DNA from: Thermomicrobiales bacterium
GTDB taxonomy: Bacteria; Chloroflexota; Chloroflexia; Thermomicrobiales; UBA6265
Reading direction: 5' to 3'
Length of the DNA: 64,000 bases
Assembly (NCBI GenBank): GCA_034431475.1
Contig: DAOUDE010000052.1
Coordinates: 6,825 to 70,824, forward strand
Below, in pieces: positions 19,613 through 31,203 of the stretch. How positions within the stretch are numbered: the first letter of the stretch is position 1; each line of letters starts with the position of its first letter. The notes under the pieces are model-generated. The model saw only the letters and a list, made by a program, of their open reading frames with translations. It was not told the DNA's origin and made no database searches. Both the position numbers and the translations under genes were made by a program.

Positions 19613-19621
19613 TCTCGTTAG

Positions 19622-20554
19622 CTAATAGCGAATTCTCGGATCGATGAGCCCGTAGACGAGATCGACCACCAGGTTCATCACCGCCAGGAAGACCCCATAC
19701 AGCAGCACGACCGCGAGGATCATGGTCTGATCCTTCGTCTGCATGCTGGTCACGAAGAACTTGCCCATGCCAGGGATATTGAACACCTCCTCCACAAAGA
19801 AGGAACCGGTGCCAACTGCGGCGAAAATCGGGCCAATCAAGGTGACGACCGGAATCAGGGCGTTCTTCAACACGTGCTTGGAAACAACGCTCTGGTCGGT
19901 GAGCCCCTTGGCTCGCGCGGTGCGCACAAAGTCTGAACGGATGACCTCGATCATGCTTGATCGCGTGTACCTGGCAAGGGTCGCCAATGGAGCCGCGCCG
20001 AGCGCGATTGTGGGCAGAATCCAGTCCTGCGGCCGCTCCCAGCCGCCCACCCTGAATCCCATGTCGATCCCCATGTCGGGCAGATATACGGCAAAGATCA
20101 GGATGAGCAGGAAGCCCATCACGAAACTGGGCATGCTGTAGAATAGGATGGCCAACGTCACCGAGAAGTAGTCAATCCAGCCATTCTGGTTGACTGCCGC
20201 CAACACGCCAAGCAGCATCCCGACCCCGATGGCGAAGATGAGTGCCATGAACCCGAGGTGGAGCGAGATGGGAAACGTGCGGCCGATGATGTCGTTGACG
20301 GTCTGCGGGCGCGCGGAATACGAGATCCCGAAGTCAAAGTGCAGCGCATTCCACACGTACCGGACAAACTGCTCCGGAAGCGGCTTGTCCAGCCCGTAAA
20401 GCGCCTCCAGGCGCGCAATATCCTCCGGTCGTTGCTTATCACTGACATTGAATGGACTGCCCGGCGTAGCGTGCATGATGCCGAACGTGATCGCAGCCAT
20501 CGCCAGCAGCGTCGGGACGAGCCAGAAAATCCGGTTGAGCGCGAATCGCAACAT
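19622..20554 (-). CDS. ABC transporter permease (DppB/OppB-like)
   Basis: 310-aa ORF with the typical N-terminus MLRFALNRIFWLVPTLL and C-terminal DPRIRY. Confidence 0.9.
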   Translation of the reverse strand: MLRFALNRIFWLVPTLLAMAAITFGIMHATPGSPFNVSDKQRPEDIARLEALYGLDKPLPEQFVRYVWNALHFDFGISYSARPQTVNDIIGRTFPISLHLGFMALIFAIGVGMLLGVLAAVNQNGWIDYFSVTLAILFYSMPSFVMGFLLILIFAVYLPDMGIDMGFRVGGWERPQDWILPTIALGAAPLATLARYTRSSMIEVIRSDFVRTARAKGLTDQSVVSKHVLKNALIPVVTLIGPIFAAVGTGSFFVEEVFNIPGMGKFFVTSMQTKDQTMILAVVLLYGVFLAVMNLVVDLVYGLIDPRIRY

Positions 20555-20709
20555 GCGGGGTCTACCTCTGACCGATGCCAGCCGTCGCCGGCTTCCCGAA
20601 GCGACACGGATTGGCGCGCACGTGGTGTCGAGCCTGTGCAGTCTAACGAAACGAGTCTATCGGCCGGGTACGAAGTAGGGTCCCAACGCCGGTTTTTCAG
20701 GATTGCCGG

Positions 20710-20739
20710 ACCATAGCACCGTCGAAAATTCTGTGTCAA
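20710..20739 (-). promoter_or_regulatory. Putative promoter of the permease/SBP operon (TTGACA-18-TATGGT)
   Basis: Minus strand reads TTGACA (20739-20734), an 18-nt spacer, then TATGGT (20715-20710). This implies a leader of about 150 nt. Confidence 0.4.
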
Positions 20740-20835
20740 GAATCTTCACGAGGATAGGAGTCTCGATTTCTGGCGCTCTGGGTAGGCCAGATTGGCCATA
20801 GGTAACGGATGCGGACAGAGGATACCTGAGGATAA

Positions 20836-22299
20836 CTAAAGGATATAGGAAGAAAGGTCTTCGTCGGCTGCGACTTCTCCAACGCGCTCGGCCACGAATC
20901 CCGCGTCGATCACGATACGTTCGCCCGTACGTTCCGGCGCTTCGAATGAGATGTCCTCAATCACACGCTCAATGATCGTGTGCAGACGCCGCGCGCCAAT
21001 GTCCTCGGATGTCTGGTTCACCAGGGTTGCCAATCGAGCCATCTCTCGCAGGGCCTCGATCTCGAAGCACAGGTCCACACCCTCGGTTGCCAGCATGGCC
21101 ACGCTCTGCTTGGGCAGGGCGTTTTCCGGCTCGGTCAGAATGGTGTAGAGATCATCTTCCGACAGGCTCTGCAACTCCACACGGATGGGGAACCGGCCCT
21201 GAAGCTCGGGGATGAGATCCGATGGCCGAGTGGCGTGAAACGACCCGGCCGCAATGAAGAGGATGTGATCGGTGCGGACGGGGCCGTACCGCGTCATGAC
21301 CACCGATCCCTCAACGATGGGTAGCAGGTCCCGCTGAACTCCCTCTCCCGAGACACTGCCGGCATATTCTCCGTCTGCGTTGATGGTCTTGTCGATTTCA
21401 TCGATGAACACCACGCCCGCGATTTCGACGCGGCGCACCGCGCTTTCGATCACGCTCTCCCACTCGATGAGGCGGTCCTCTTCCTGCTGCGCCAGGATGC
21501 GCCGCGCTTCGCGCACAGACACCCGCTGGCGGCGGCGCCGTGGCGGCGAGAAAGCATCACCAAACAACATCGGGAGCGCGTCATACACGTCGTCCGGATG
21601 CATCGGGCCAAAGTCTTCGTAGGCGGCATCACCCCAGGACTCATCGATGTCGATGACGACCGTTTCGTCTTCGAGCGCATCGGTGTCCAGCAATTCGACC
21701 AGCTTGTTCTGTTCCTGTTCCCGGCGGCGAACGGCGGCGGTACTTCGCTTACGCGGTGCCGTGGCTGCGGGAGGCACGTTGTCGGCAGGGCCCCGCTGGT
21801 CAAGAAGTTGCTCCACCAGGATGTCCAGGAGCCGCTTCCGCGCTGCCGTGGCGGCCGCATCGCGCACCTGCTCCAGGCGTCGTACATGCAGCATGTCGAT
21901 GGCGACCTCGACCAGATCTCGCACGATCGACTCGACGTCCCTCCCGACGTAGCCCACCTCGGTAAAACGCGTGGCCTCTACCTTCACAAACGGCGCGTCG
22001 ACGATCCGGGCGACCCTCCGCGCAATCTCGGTCTTGCCGACGCCGGTGGGGCCCATCATCAGGATGTTCTTGGGGACGACCTCGCCCCGCAACTCGTCCG
22101 GAAGCAATTGCCGCCGGTAGCGGTTCCGCAGCGCCACGGCTACGGCGCGCTTGGCATCTGCCTGGCCGATCACGTAGCGATCGAGCTCCGCCACGATCTG
22201 CGCCGGAGTCAGGTTCTCGACCGGGGGTTCCTCAGAGGGGCTATCCGCCGTTCGCACAAACGGAACGGGAGCCGCCTTGCGCGGCCTCGCCTCAACCAC
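20836..22299 (-). CDS. hslU: ATP-dependent protease ATPase subunit HslU
   Basis: 487-aa ORF with Walker A GPTGVGKTEIARR, an I-domain insertion, and the C-terminal EDLSSYIL tail. Confidence 0.95.
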   Translation of the reverse strand: MVEARPRKAAPVPFVRTADSPSEEPPVENLTPAQIVAELDRYVIGQADAKRAVAVALRNRYRRQLLPDELRGEVVPKNILMMGPTGVGKTEIARRVARIVDAPFVKVEATRFTEVGYVGRDVESIVRDLVEVAIDMLHVRRLEQVRDAAATAARKRLLDILVEQLLDQRGPADNVPPAATAPRKRSTAAVRRREQEQNKLVELLDTDALEDETVVIDIDESWGDAAYEDFGPMHPDDVYDALPMLFGDAFSPPRRRRQRVSVREARRILAQQEEDRLIEWESVIESAVRRVEIAGVVFIDEIDKTINADGEYAGSVSGEGVQRDLLPIVEGSVVMTRYGPVRTDHILFIAAGSFHATRPSDLIPELQGRFPIRVELQSLSEDDLYTILTEPENALPKQSVAMLATEGVDLCFEIEALREMARLATLVNQTSEDIGARRLHTIIERVIEDISFEAPERTGERIVIDAGFVAERVGEVAADEDLSSYIL

Positions 22300-22304
22300 G
22301 GCGC

Positions 22305-22934
22305 TTACTCCGTTCCCAGTTCAGGGGCGTTTTCCGCCTCGGCCTCATCGCCCGTCTCGACCTCGCCCACCTCTTCGATCGTGAAGCGGTTGTTCGTGAA
22401 AATGCAGAGGTCGGCGGCAATCTCCATTGCGCGTTCCGCAATCTCGCGCGCCGGTAGATCGGTGTTTGCCAGCAGCGCCTTGGCCGCAGCGGTCGCGTAC
22501 GGTGCGCCAGAGCCGATCGCTGCAACCCCATCATCTGGCTCGATCACATCGCCCTCACCGGAGAGGACCAGGATCGACTCCCCGTCGGCAACGATGAGCT
22601 GCGCCTCAAGACGCCGCAGATAGCGATCGGTCCGCCACTCCTTGGCCAGTTCGACCGCTGCCCGGCGCAGGTTGCCATCGCCCGCCCGCAGTTGCGCCTC
22701 GAACTTGGCGAAGAGCGTAAGCGCATCCGCCACGGCGCCCGCGAAGCCAGCGATCACCATGCCATCGGCCAACGGGCGAATTTTGCGCGCGCCGTGCTTC
22801 ATCACGACATCGCCAATCGTGACCTGGCCGTCTCCCGCCATGGCCACGACGCCATCGCGCCGCACGCCGAGAATCGTCGTTGCGTGGATCGGCTCCGCGA
22901 AGCGACGGGAAACTGACTGATGAGAACGGGGCAT
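22305..22934 (-). CDS. hslV: ATP-dependent protease peptidase subunit HslV with an N-terminal pro-sequence
   Basis: The conserved HslV core starts at [21 protein letters not shown]. The nearest canonical in-frame start upstream is the ATG at 22934, 18 codons before the Thr-Thr. The longest start is at 23006. Confidence 0.85.
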   Translation of the reverse strand: MPRSHQSVSRRFAEPIHATTILGVRRDGVVAMAGDGQVTIGDVVMKHGARKIRPLADGMVIAGFAGAVADALTLFAKFEAQLRAGDGNLRRAAVELAKEWRTDRYLRRLEAQLIVADGESILVLSGEGDVIEPDDGVAAIGSGAPYATAAAKALLANTDLPAREIAERAMEIAADLCIFTNNRFTIEEVGEVETGDEAEAENAPELGTE

Positions 22935-23041
22935 GGATCTGCTAGTCCCTGTGAGCGTGGCGCGTTGGCTAGGGCTCAAGCCGCCTGGCTTCCCGCAACG
23001 CGACACGCAAATGGTACAGGAGATGCGCCAGAATACCGGGC

Positions 23042-25291
23042 CTAGCCGGCTATGGCCAGCTCAGGGGCGATTTCGGCCGTCGTGCCACAGGCCGGGCACT
23101 TGGCCTGACCCCGCCTGCCAGCCTCCACCATGTAGGGCGAGTTACAGGCTGGGCACGACCGCGCAATCGGCTTGTTCCAGGAAACAAAGTCGCACTCGGG
23201 ATACCGGGAGCACCCAAAGAAGGTGCGTCCCTTCCGCGAACGGCGCTCGACAATCTCGCCTTGCTGACACGTCGGACAGGTCATGCCAATTCTTGTCAGT
23301 AGTGGGCGAGCGTTGCGGCACTCCGGAAATCCACTACAGGCCAGGAACTTGCCGTACTTCCCCAGCTTTATGACCATTGGACGGCCGCAGTTCTCGCAGT
23401 CTTCACCGGCAGGCTCGTCCTTGAGCTTCACCCGCTCAATCGTCTGCTCTGCACGGTGCAGTGTTTCGACAAATGGGCCGTAGAACTCATGCAGCGTCGG
23501 CACCCACGAACGGTCCCCGGCCGCGATTTCGTCCAACTCCTCTTCCATTTGAGAGGTGAACCCAACGTCAAAGACGCTTGGAAAGTGCTCGACGAGCAAG
23601 TCGTTGACGATCAGGCCAAGCTCGGTTGCCATCAGCTTACGCTGCTCGGTCGCCACGTAGCCGCGCGCCGTGAGCGTCGCGACTGTCGGCGCGTAGGTGC
23701 TGGGGCGGCCAATCCCCTGCTCCTCCAGAGCCTTCACCAGCGAAGCCTCGGTAAAGCGTGGGGGCGGCTGCGTGAAGTGCTGCTCCGGAAGCAACTGCAG
23801 CAGGTCCAGATCTTCGCCAGGCGACAACTGCGGCAACGCGCCTTTCTCAAGTTCATCTTCCGCGTCGCCCTCGTCCCGGCCAGCCTGGTAGACCGCCATG
23901 AAGCCCGGGAACTTGACGACTGAACCTGTCGCGCGGAAGACATACGGCGCGGCTCCGCCGGCCGAAATCACGGCCTCCGGGCCAGCGGCAACATCGACAC
24001 CCGTTTGGTCCAGAATGGCCGGCCGCATTTGCGACGCCATGAAGCGCTGCCAGATCAACTGATAGAGCTTGAACTGCTGCGTGGTCAGGAACGCCTTGAC
24101 GCTCGCCGGGTCCCGATGCGGAGACGTGGGGCGGATCGCTTCGTGCGCTTCCTGCGCCCCCTTGGCCTTGCGGGAATACACCGGCGGCCGCTCTGGCAGA
24201 TACTCGTCACCAAAGCGCCGCGCGATCTCTTCCCGCGCCGCATGTTGCGCCGAGGCCGCGATATTCGTGGAGTCCGTACGCATGTAGGTGATCAGACCCT
24301 GCGTGCCCGCAGGGCCAAGATCCACCCCTTCGTAGAGTTCCTGGGCGAGCTGCATGGTGCGCCGCACGCCAAGGCCCGCCTTGCGTGACGCCTCCTGTTG
24401 CAGCGTGCTTGTCGTGAACGGCGCTTGCGGCCTGCGCTGCGCTTCCTTGCGCGTCACATCCTGCACCCGGTAGCTGGCGCCCTCCAGCCCGCGTACGATG
24501 GCCTGCGTTTGCTCCTCGGTATCCAGCTCTGGCTTCTGGCCGCTGACCCGGCTTAGCGCGGCCCGGAAGATGTCCTTTTTCCTGGGCTCGGCGCCGGTCT
24601 GCTTGGCCAGGTCTGCCTCAAGCGACCAGTACTCCACCGGCTCGAAGGCCGAAATCTCGCGTTCCCGCTCGGCAACGATGCGCAACGCTGCCGTCTGCAC
24701 CCGGCCGGCAGACAGGCCGCGCTTGACCTTTTTCCAAAGCAACGGGCTGACCTTGTAGCCCACCAGCCGGTCCAGCACACGCCGGGCCTGCTGGGCATCC
24801 ACCAGGTCTGGGTCAATCGCGCGGGGCGCGGCCATCGCTTCCTTGACCGCCTCAGGGGTGATTTCGTGAAACACGACGCGATGCACCGGCTTCGATGCGG
24901 CACCGGTGGCCTGCACCAGGTGCCAGGCAATCGCCTCGCCTTCTCGGTCAGGGTCGGTGGCGAGGTAGATCTCCTTTGCGCCTTGTACGCTGGCCTTGAG
25001 TTCCTTGATCAGCTTGGCCTTGTCGCGCGGCACGAGGTAGGTTGGGTTGAAGTTGTCATCGACATCGACACCGAGCGTGCTCTTTGGCAGGTCGCGCACG
25101 TGCCCCATCGAGGCTTTCACTGTGTAACCGGAGCCGAGATATTTGCCGATGGTACGCGCCTTGGCTGGTGATTCCACGATCACGAGCTTGCCGCGCCCGG
25201 CCGCTGGCTTCGCTGCGGCAGACGACTTGGTGGTGCGTGCCTTGGAGGCCGAGGTGCTTTTGCGAGTTGTCGTCTTCTGAGTGGTCACCAT
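23042..25291 (-). CDS. topA: DNA topoisomerase I
   Basis: 749-aa ORF with a TOPRIM domain ([10 protein letters not shown]), an active-site region, and C-terminal zinc ribbons (CENCGRPMV...CSGFPEC; CPTCQQGE...CSRYPEC). Confidence 0.95.
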   Translation of the reverse strand: MVTTQKTTTRKSTSASKARTTKSSAAAKPAAGRGKLVIVESPAKARTIGKYLGSGYTVKASMGHVRDLPKSTLGVDVDDNFNPTYLVPRDKAKLIKELKASVQGAKEIYLATDPDREGEAIAWHLVQATGAASKPVHRVVFHEITPEAVKEAMAAPRAIDPDLVDAQQARRVLDRLVGYKVSPLLWKKVKRGLSAGRVQTAALRIVAEREREISAFEPVEYWSLEADLAKQTGAEPRKKDIFRAALSRVSGQKPELDTEEQTQAIVRGLEGASYRVQDVTRKEAQRRPQAPFTTSTLQQEASRKAGLGVRRTMQLAQELYEGVDLGPAGTQGLITYMRTDSTNIAASAQHAAREEIARRFGDEYLPERPPVYSRKAKGAQEAHEAIRPTSPHRDPASVKAFLTTQQFKLYQLIWQRFMASQMRPAILDQTGVDVAAGPEAVISAGGAAPYVFRATGSVVKFPGFMAVYQAGRDEGDAEDELEKGALPQLSPGEDLDLLQLLPEQHFTQPPPRFTEASLVKALEEQGIGRPSTYAPTVATLTARGYVATEQRKLMATELGLIVNDLLVEHFPSVFDVGFTSQMEEELDEIAAGDRSWVPTLHEFYGPFVETLHRAEQTIERVKLKDEPAGEDCENCGRPMVIKLGKYGKFLACSGFPECRNARPLLTRIGMTCPTCQQGEIVERRSRKGRTFFGCSRYPECDFVSWNKPIARSCPACNSPYMVEAGRRGQAKCPACGTTAEIAPELAIAG

Positions 25292-25421
25292 GTTTGTGTT
25301 TGAGCTCCAGGTAAGGGAAACGGGGGTGCCTGCGCCGATCCAACAATGCTGCGAGGTTCTCCGGCAACAGAGCGGCCCGGAACGTTAGGCAGGGAACCGG
25401 CAAGGTGTCAAGCGTTCTGGA

Positions 25422-26549
25422 CTATTTACGAACGTAATACTGGGCTCCACAGTTCCGCACCATGCCCTTCAGCTCCATCATCAGGAGCGCCTCAGCGACT
25501 TCCCGGCCGGCCAGGGCAGCGGCTTCGGCAATCTCGTCGATATGAAGCGGCTCGGGTCCCAGGCACTGCAGCACACGTGCCTCTTCCGGCGTTGCTGGCA
25601 GTTGCAGGGTGAGCTGTGCTGGCGAGCCAGCGCCGATACCAAGATCGGCCAGGATATCGGCGCCGTCACGCACGATTCGCGCGCCATCTCTCAACAACTG
25701 GTTGGTGCCCTCGCTGGTAGCATTGCCGATGTTGCCCGGCACCACGAACACCTCGCGTCCCTGGTCCGCCGCAAAGTTCGCGGTAATGAGTGCGCCGCTG
25801 CGTGCTGGTGCTTCGATGACCACGACCCCCAAGGACATGCCGGAGATAATCCGGTTCCGGGCCGGAAAATTCGGAGCATCCGGCTTTGTGCCTGGCGGTT
25901 GTTCCGAGATGACCGCTCCGTTCTCAACGATGCGCTCCGCCAGTCGCCGGTGCTCGGAGGGATAGATCACATCGACTCCGGAGCCGAGTACGGCCACCGT
26001 CCGCCCTCCCGATTCCAGCGCGACATGATGAGCTACCGCGTCGATGCCACGGGCAAGTCCAGAGACCACCGTCACCCCGGCGGTCGCCAGATCCTGCGAG
26101 ATGCGTTCCGTGACGCCCCTCCCGTACACCGTCGAACGCCGCGTTCCCACAATACCCACGCTCCGCTCGTCATCTGCCGTCAGGTGGCCACGGACGTAGA
26201 GGACCGTCGGTCTGCCCGATGCCTCGGCAAGGTATCGCGGATATTCCGGATGTTCTGCGTGCAGGATACGAATGCCACGCTGCCGCAGGTCTTCCAGCCG
26301 GCGTTCTGGCTCTGAATTCCGCCGGGCCGACGCAAGTTCCGAGAGCGCCCGCGGCTCCAGGATGAGCCGAAGCGTCTCCAGAGGCGCAGACCAGGCTTCT
26401 GAAAGCGCCTGAAATCGGGATTGCAGCCGCGCAATGCGTGCAGGACCGATGTAGCGCACGTTGGCGAATGCAGCCCAGTACGCTGCCTCCCGATCCTCGT
26501 CCTGCAACTCCCTCGACCCGGTCTGGCCGCGCTCAAGCACTCTCGCCAT
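25422..26549 (-). CDS. dprA: DNA processing protein DprA (Smf)
   Basis: Rossmann-like DprA core (GIVGTRRSTVYG...SGLARGIDAVAH). The start is set at ATG 26549 (or 26567), because the longer 471-aa ORF reaches 26837, overlapping the next gene's start (26689). Confidence 0.85.
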   Translation of the reverse strand: MARVLERGQTGSRELQDEDREAAYWAAFANVRYIGPARIARLQSRFQALSEAWSAPLETLRLILEPRALSELASARRNSEPERRLEDLRQRGIRILHAEHPEYPRYLAEASGRPTVLYVRGHLTADDERSVGIVGTRRSTVYGRGVTERISQDLATAGVTVVSGLARGIDAVAHHVALESGGRTVAVLGSGVDVIYPSEHRRLAERIVENGAVISEQPPGTKPDAPNFPARNRIISGMSLGVVVIEAPARSGALITANFAADQGREVFVVPGNIGNATSEGTNQLLRDGARIVRDGADILADLGIGAGSPAQLTLQLPATPEEARVLQCLGPEPLHIDEIAEAAALAGREVAEALLMMELKGMVRNCGAQYYVRK

Positions 26550-26688
26550 GCCCCCTTCCCGCTGCATTGTACGGACACCCGGACCGTAATTCAGAAGTTC
26601 CGCGTTGCCCACTCCTCCGATAGAATGCTGTGTAGGTAGCAAAGCCGCGAGCGCGTGACGCGCTGCTGGACTCATCAGGGAGTGATCA

Positions 26689-27456
26689 ATGCGACTTGAA
26701 AACGTCGTCAAGCAAAAGCTGCGGAATGGTGACGTGGTGATGGGGATCTTCAACCCCATGCCGTCACCAGACGTCGTGGAGATCCTGGCTCTGGCCGGAT
26801 TCGACTTCATCTTGCTGGACGCCGAGCATGGCCGCATCTCTCCGGGTGACGCCTATCCGATGATTCTGGCGGCAGAAGCGCGGGATGTTCCCATCTTCGT
26901 TCGGGTCGGCGAAAACGACCGGCAGGTGATCCTCAAGTACCTCGACCTCGGGGTGGCAGGGGTCATGATCCCGCAAACCAGCACGCCTCAGCTCGTCGCC
27001 GACGCGGTCGCGGCGATGCGCTACGCTCCGGAGGGCCTGCGGGGCCTGGCCGGGGGGCGCACCTTCGACTATGGCGTCGGTCGCCCGATGCCAGAGCTCA
27101 TAGGCGCCATCAACGACCGCGTGCTGAGCATTGCCCAGTTCGAGCATATCGACGCCCTGCCCCACGTCAGGGAGATACTGGCGACTCCGGGTCTGGATGT
27201 CCTCTTCGTCGGCCCGTCTGATCTTGGCCAGTCCATGGGCTATGGCGGCCAATACGGTATTCCCGAGGTGGAAGCGGTTATTCAGCAGGTCATCGATGCG
27301 GCCAAGGGGACCGGAGTCGCGTTGGCCATCGTGGCGCCTGACATCGCCACGGTCAACAAGCGCATCGCCCAGGGGTTCCAGATGATCGTTCCAAACGCCC
27401 CGGGCCTTCTGATGAAGGCGAGCCGCGATCTCCTCGCCGCTGTCGAACGTCCGTGA
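26689..27456 (+). CDS. HpcH/HpaI-family aldolase
   Basis: 255-aa ORF with a typical class-II aldolase/PEP-utilising TIM barrel pattern (DFILLDAEHG...VRV...GVMIPQ...VGPSDL). Confidence 0.85.
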   Translation: MRLENVVKQKLRNGDVVMGIFNPMPSPDVVEILALAGFDFILLDAEHGRISPGDAYPMILAAEARDVPIFVRVGENDRQVILKYLDLGVAGVMIPQTSTPQLVADAVAAMRYAPEGLRGLAGGRTFDYGVGRPMPELIGAINDRVLSIAQFEHIDALPHVREILATPGLDVLFVGPSDLGQSMGYGGQYGIPEVEAVIQQVIDAAKGTGVALAIVAPDIATVNKRIAQGFQMIVPNAPGLLMKASRDLLAAVERP

Positions 27457-27950
27457 GCGAGGCGCTCATCATTCGCCCGGGAACCGGCGCGGATTACGAC
27501 CGCGTCATCCCGCAACTCGACGCCTGGTGGGGCGGGCGAAGCATGGCCTCCATGCTTCCCCGTCTCTTCTTTACGCACTTCGAGCCCTGGACGTACGTGG
27601 CCGAGCAGGAGGGGCAAACTATCGGATTCCTCTGCGGGTTTCGCTCACAATCGGACCCCTCGATCGTCTACTGCCACTTCATTGGAATCGCTCCCGAAAC
27701 TCGAGGCCGGGGCGTAGGCGAGCGGCTCTACGAGCGGCTCTTTGCGGACGCTCTCGCTGCGGGGTGCGGCACCGTACATTCTGTCACGTCGCCGCAGAAC
27801 CGGGGCTCGATCGCATTCCACACGCGCCTTGGATTCGCAGTAGTCCCCGGTCCCTGCGAAACGGATGGCGTTTCGTGGCATCCCGACTACGACGGCCCCG
27901 GAGAGGATCGGGTCAGGTTCAAACGGACGCTACAGAATCCGAACGTGTGA
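27453..27950 (+). CDS. GNAT-family N-acetyltransferase
   Basis: 165-aa ORF with the acetyl-CoA motif RGRGVGERLYERL. It overlaps the aldolase stop by 4 nt. Confidence 0.8.
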   Translation: MSEALIIRPGTGADYDRVIPQLDAWWGGRSMASMLPRLFFTHFEPWTYVAEQEGQTIGFLCGFRSQSDPSIVYCHFIGIAPETRGRGVGERLYERLFADALAAGCGTVHSVTSPQNRGSIAFHTRLGFAVVPGPCETDGVSWHPDYDGPGEDRVRFKRTLQNPNV

Positions 27951-27977
27951 AATGTGTCGGTCGCTCTGACATCCCGA

Positions 27978-28006
27978 TTGAGACGGGATAGGTGCTGTGG
28001 TATCCT
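27978..28006 (+). promoter_or_regulatory. Putative promoter of the ABC ATPase pair (TTGAGA-17-TATCCT)
   Basis: Read directly from the sequence. It would give a leader of about 150 nt before the ATG at 28163. Confidence 0.35.
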
Positions 28007-28162
28007 CCGGAGCCAGCAAGGGATCAGATTTCACTCAATTCTGCGCGACCTGCGACCGGTCGCGAGTCCCGGCGTTGGTGGCCGCAGCGGAGAACTGCAT
28101 GGCCGCTGTTGGCACTCAGTGGACGCACCCCCGCCAACCCAGCGGGCGAGAGAGGAGCGAGC

Positions 28163-29362
<1,200 letters not shown>

Positions 29363-29376
29363 ACAGGAGGCACACA

Positions 29377-30468
29377 ATGACCGCAACAACCACTGGCGCC
29401 GCCTCCCAGGCCTCGGCAACGCCACAATCGAACGGCAAGGGCGCAGAGCCGCTGCTCCAGGTCAATGATCTGCAAATGCACTTCCCGCTGACGCGCGGCA
29501 TCATTTTCCAGCGGAAAGTGGGTGCGGTGCAGGCCGTGGACGGTGTGTCCTTCTCGGTGATGCCGGGAGAGACGCTCGGTCTTGTGGGCGAGTCCGGCTG
29601 CGGAAAGTCCACCACTGGGCGCGCCATTCTGCAGCTCTACAAGCCGACCAACGGCGAGGTGATTTTCAAGGGTAAGGACCTTACCAAGCTCAACAGCGGC
29701 GACATGCGCAAGATGCGCCGTCACCTGCAGATGATCTTCCAGGATCCTTACGCATCGCTCAACCCGCGCATGACGGTCGGCAACATCGTGGCCGAGCCAA
29801 TGCAGATCCACAACCTGGTCCCCAAGAAGGAGCGCACGCAGCGCGTGCAGGAACTTCTGGAGACGGTGGGTCTCAACCCGTATTTCGCCAACCGCTACCC
29901 ACACGAGTTTTCCGGCGGTCAGCGACAGCGCATCGGGATTGCCCGCGCCCTTGCCGCGAACCCGGATTTCATCGTTGCCGACGAGCCAGTTTCGGCGCTG
30001 GACGTTTCGATTCAGGCCCAGATCGTCAACCTGCTGGAAGACCTACAGGAGCGCTTTGGTCTCACGTACCTGTTCATTGCTCACGATCTTTCCGTGGTGA
30101 AGCACATTTCTGACCGCGTTGCCGTGATGTATCTCGGCAAGATCGTGGAGATGGCGAACCGCAACGATCTGTACGCAGACCCGTTGCACCCGTACACGAA
30201 GGCGCTGCTCTCTGCCGTTCCGATTCCGGACCCCGTGATCGAAAAGCGGCGCGAACGCATCATTCTGCCAGGCGATGTGCCAAGCCCAATCAACCCGCCC
30301 TCTGGCTGCCACTTCCACACCCGGTGCCCATACGCCATGGAAGTCTGCCGCCAGGTCGATCCTGCCTTCGCGAACCAGGGGAACGGCCACTTTGTCGCCT
30401 GTCACCTGTACGCGAACTCCGGCGCAGAGGATGCACCAGGCGGCGCCGCGAAGTTCCAGGCAATCTAG
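29377..30468 (+). CDS. Oligopeptide/dipeptide-type ABC transporter ATP-binding protein (OppF/DppF-like)
   Basis: Walker [10 protein letters not shown], signature FSGGQRQR, Walker [13 protein letters not shown], and the C-terminal HPYTKALL and CHFHTRCP motifs. Confidence 0.9.
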   Translation: MTATTTGAASQASATPQSNGKGAEPLLQVNDLQMHFPLTRGIIFQRKVGAVQAVDGVSFSVMPGETLGLVGESGCGKSTTGRAILQLYKPTNGEVIFKGKDLTKLNSGDMRKMRRHLQMIFQDPYASLNPRMTVGNIVAEPMQIHNLVPKKERTQRVQELLETVGLNPYFANRYPHEFSGGQRQRIGIARALAANPDFIVADEPVSALDVSIQAQIVNLLEDLQERFGLTYLFIAHDLSVVKHISDRVAVMYLGKIVEMANRNDLYADPLHPYTKALLSAVPIPDPVIEKRRERIILPGDVPSPINPPSGCHFHTRCPYAMEVCRQVDPAFANQGNGHFVACHLYANSGAEDAPGGAAKFQAI

Positions 30469-30488
30469 CGAGATAGCGTTTACCCAAC

Positions 30489-31163
30489 ATGACCTTCGGT
30501 CTGGGACAGATCGACGTCCAAACCATCATCGCTCTCATCGTCACGTTTCTCATCGCCATTTCGGTGCATGAGTGCATGCATGCGGCGACGGCCTCGTGGC
30601 TCGGCGACGACACCGGGCGCATGTTGGGACGGGTCACGCTCAATCCCGCCTCGCATTTCGACCCGGTTGGTGCGCTCATGTTCGTGCTCATCGCCATCGG
30701 GTTTCCTGCGCTGGCCTGGGGCAAACCTGTCCCTGTGAACGAATCGCGCCTGCGCCCACTCGGCCGGTTTGGGCGTCCGGGCAGCATGGCGGTCGTTGCG
30801 CTCGCCGGACCGTTTTCCAACATCGTTATGGGCGCCTTCGCGGCGGCAATCCTGCGCGCCTTGCTCCAGACGTCAGCGTCTCCTCAGCAGGGTGTCATCC
30901 AGTTCCTCTGGATCTTCATGCTCGTCAATTTCGGGTTGGCCGCGTTCAATATGATTCCGCTGCCGCCACTCGATGGTTCGCGGCTGTTGACAGCGCTGTT
31001 GCCGCCGTTCTGGAGGCCGGTCCTGGCGCCGCTGGAGCGCTACGGCATCATGGCGCTCTTTCTGCTGCTGTTCATCGGGCGGGATATCGGCGGCAGCATT
31101 ATTGGCAGCATCACCGAGCCGGTGCGCCTGCTCCTGATGAACATTTTTGCCAGCGGTCTCTAG
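30489..31163 (+). CDS. Site-2 protease family (M50) membrane metalloprotease, short form
   Basis: 224-aa multi-TM ORF with HExxH (HECMHA) and the downstream NxxPxxPLDG motif (NMIPLPPLDG). Confidence 0.8.
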   Translation: MTFGLGQIDVQTIIALIVTFLIAISVHECMHAATASWLGDDTGRMLGRVTLNPASHFDPVGALMFVLIAIGFPALAWGKPVPVNESRLRPLGRFGRPGSMAVVALAGPFSNIVMGAFAAAILRALLQTSASPQQGVIQFLWIFMLVNFGLAAFNMIPLPPLDGSRLLTALLPPFWRPVLAPLERYGIMALFLLLFIGRDIGGSIIGSITEPVRLLLMNIFASGL

Positions 31164-31203
31164 CGAGCCCGCAGCCATGCTCGCCGTTCGGTAGACTCGC
31201 GCT

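Noticed and set aside
25422-26837. Longest-ORF starts from the track for dprA (26837), glpX (49995), oppD (27992), sdhA (54053), hslV (23006), the cytochrome c (6362), the Rieske protein (61095) and pepP (40687).
   Set aside because: The extensions overlap neighbouring genes or add non-conserved, Arg/Pro-rich residues. Internal starts with recognisable Shine-Dalgarno sequences reproduce the canonical N-termini of each family.
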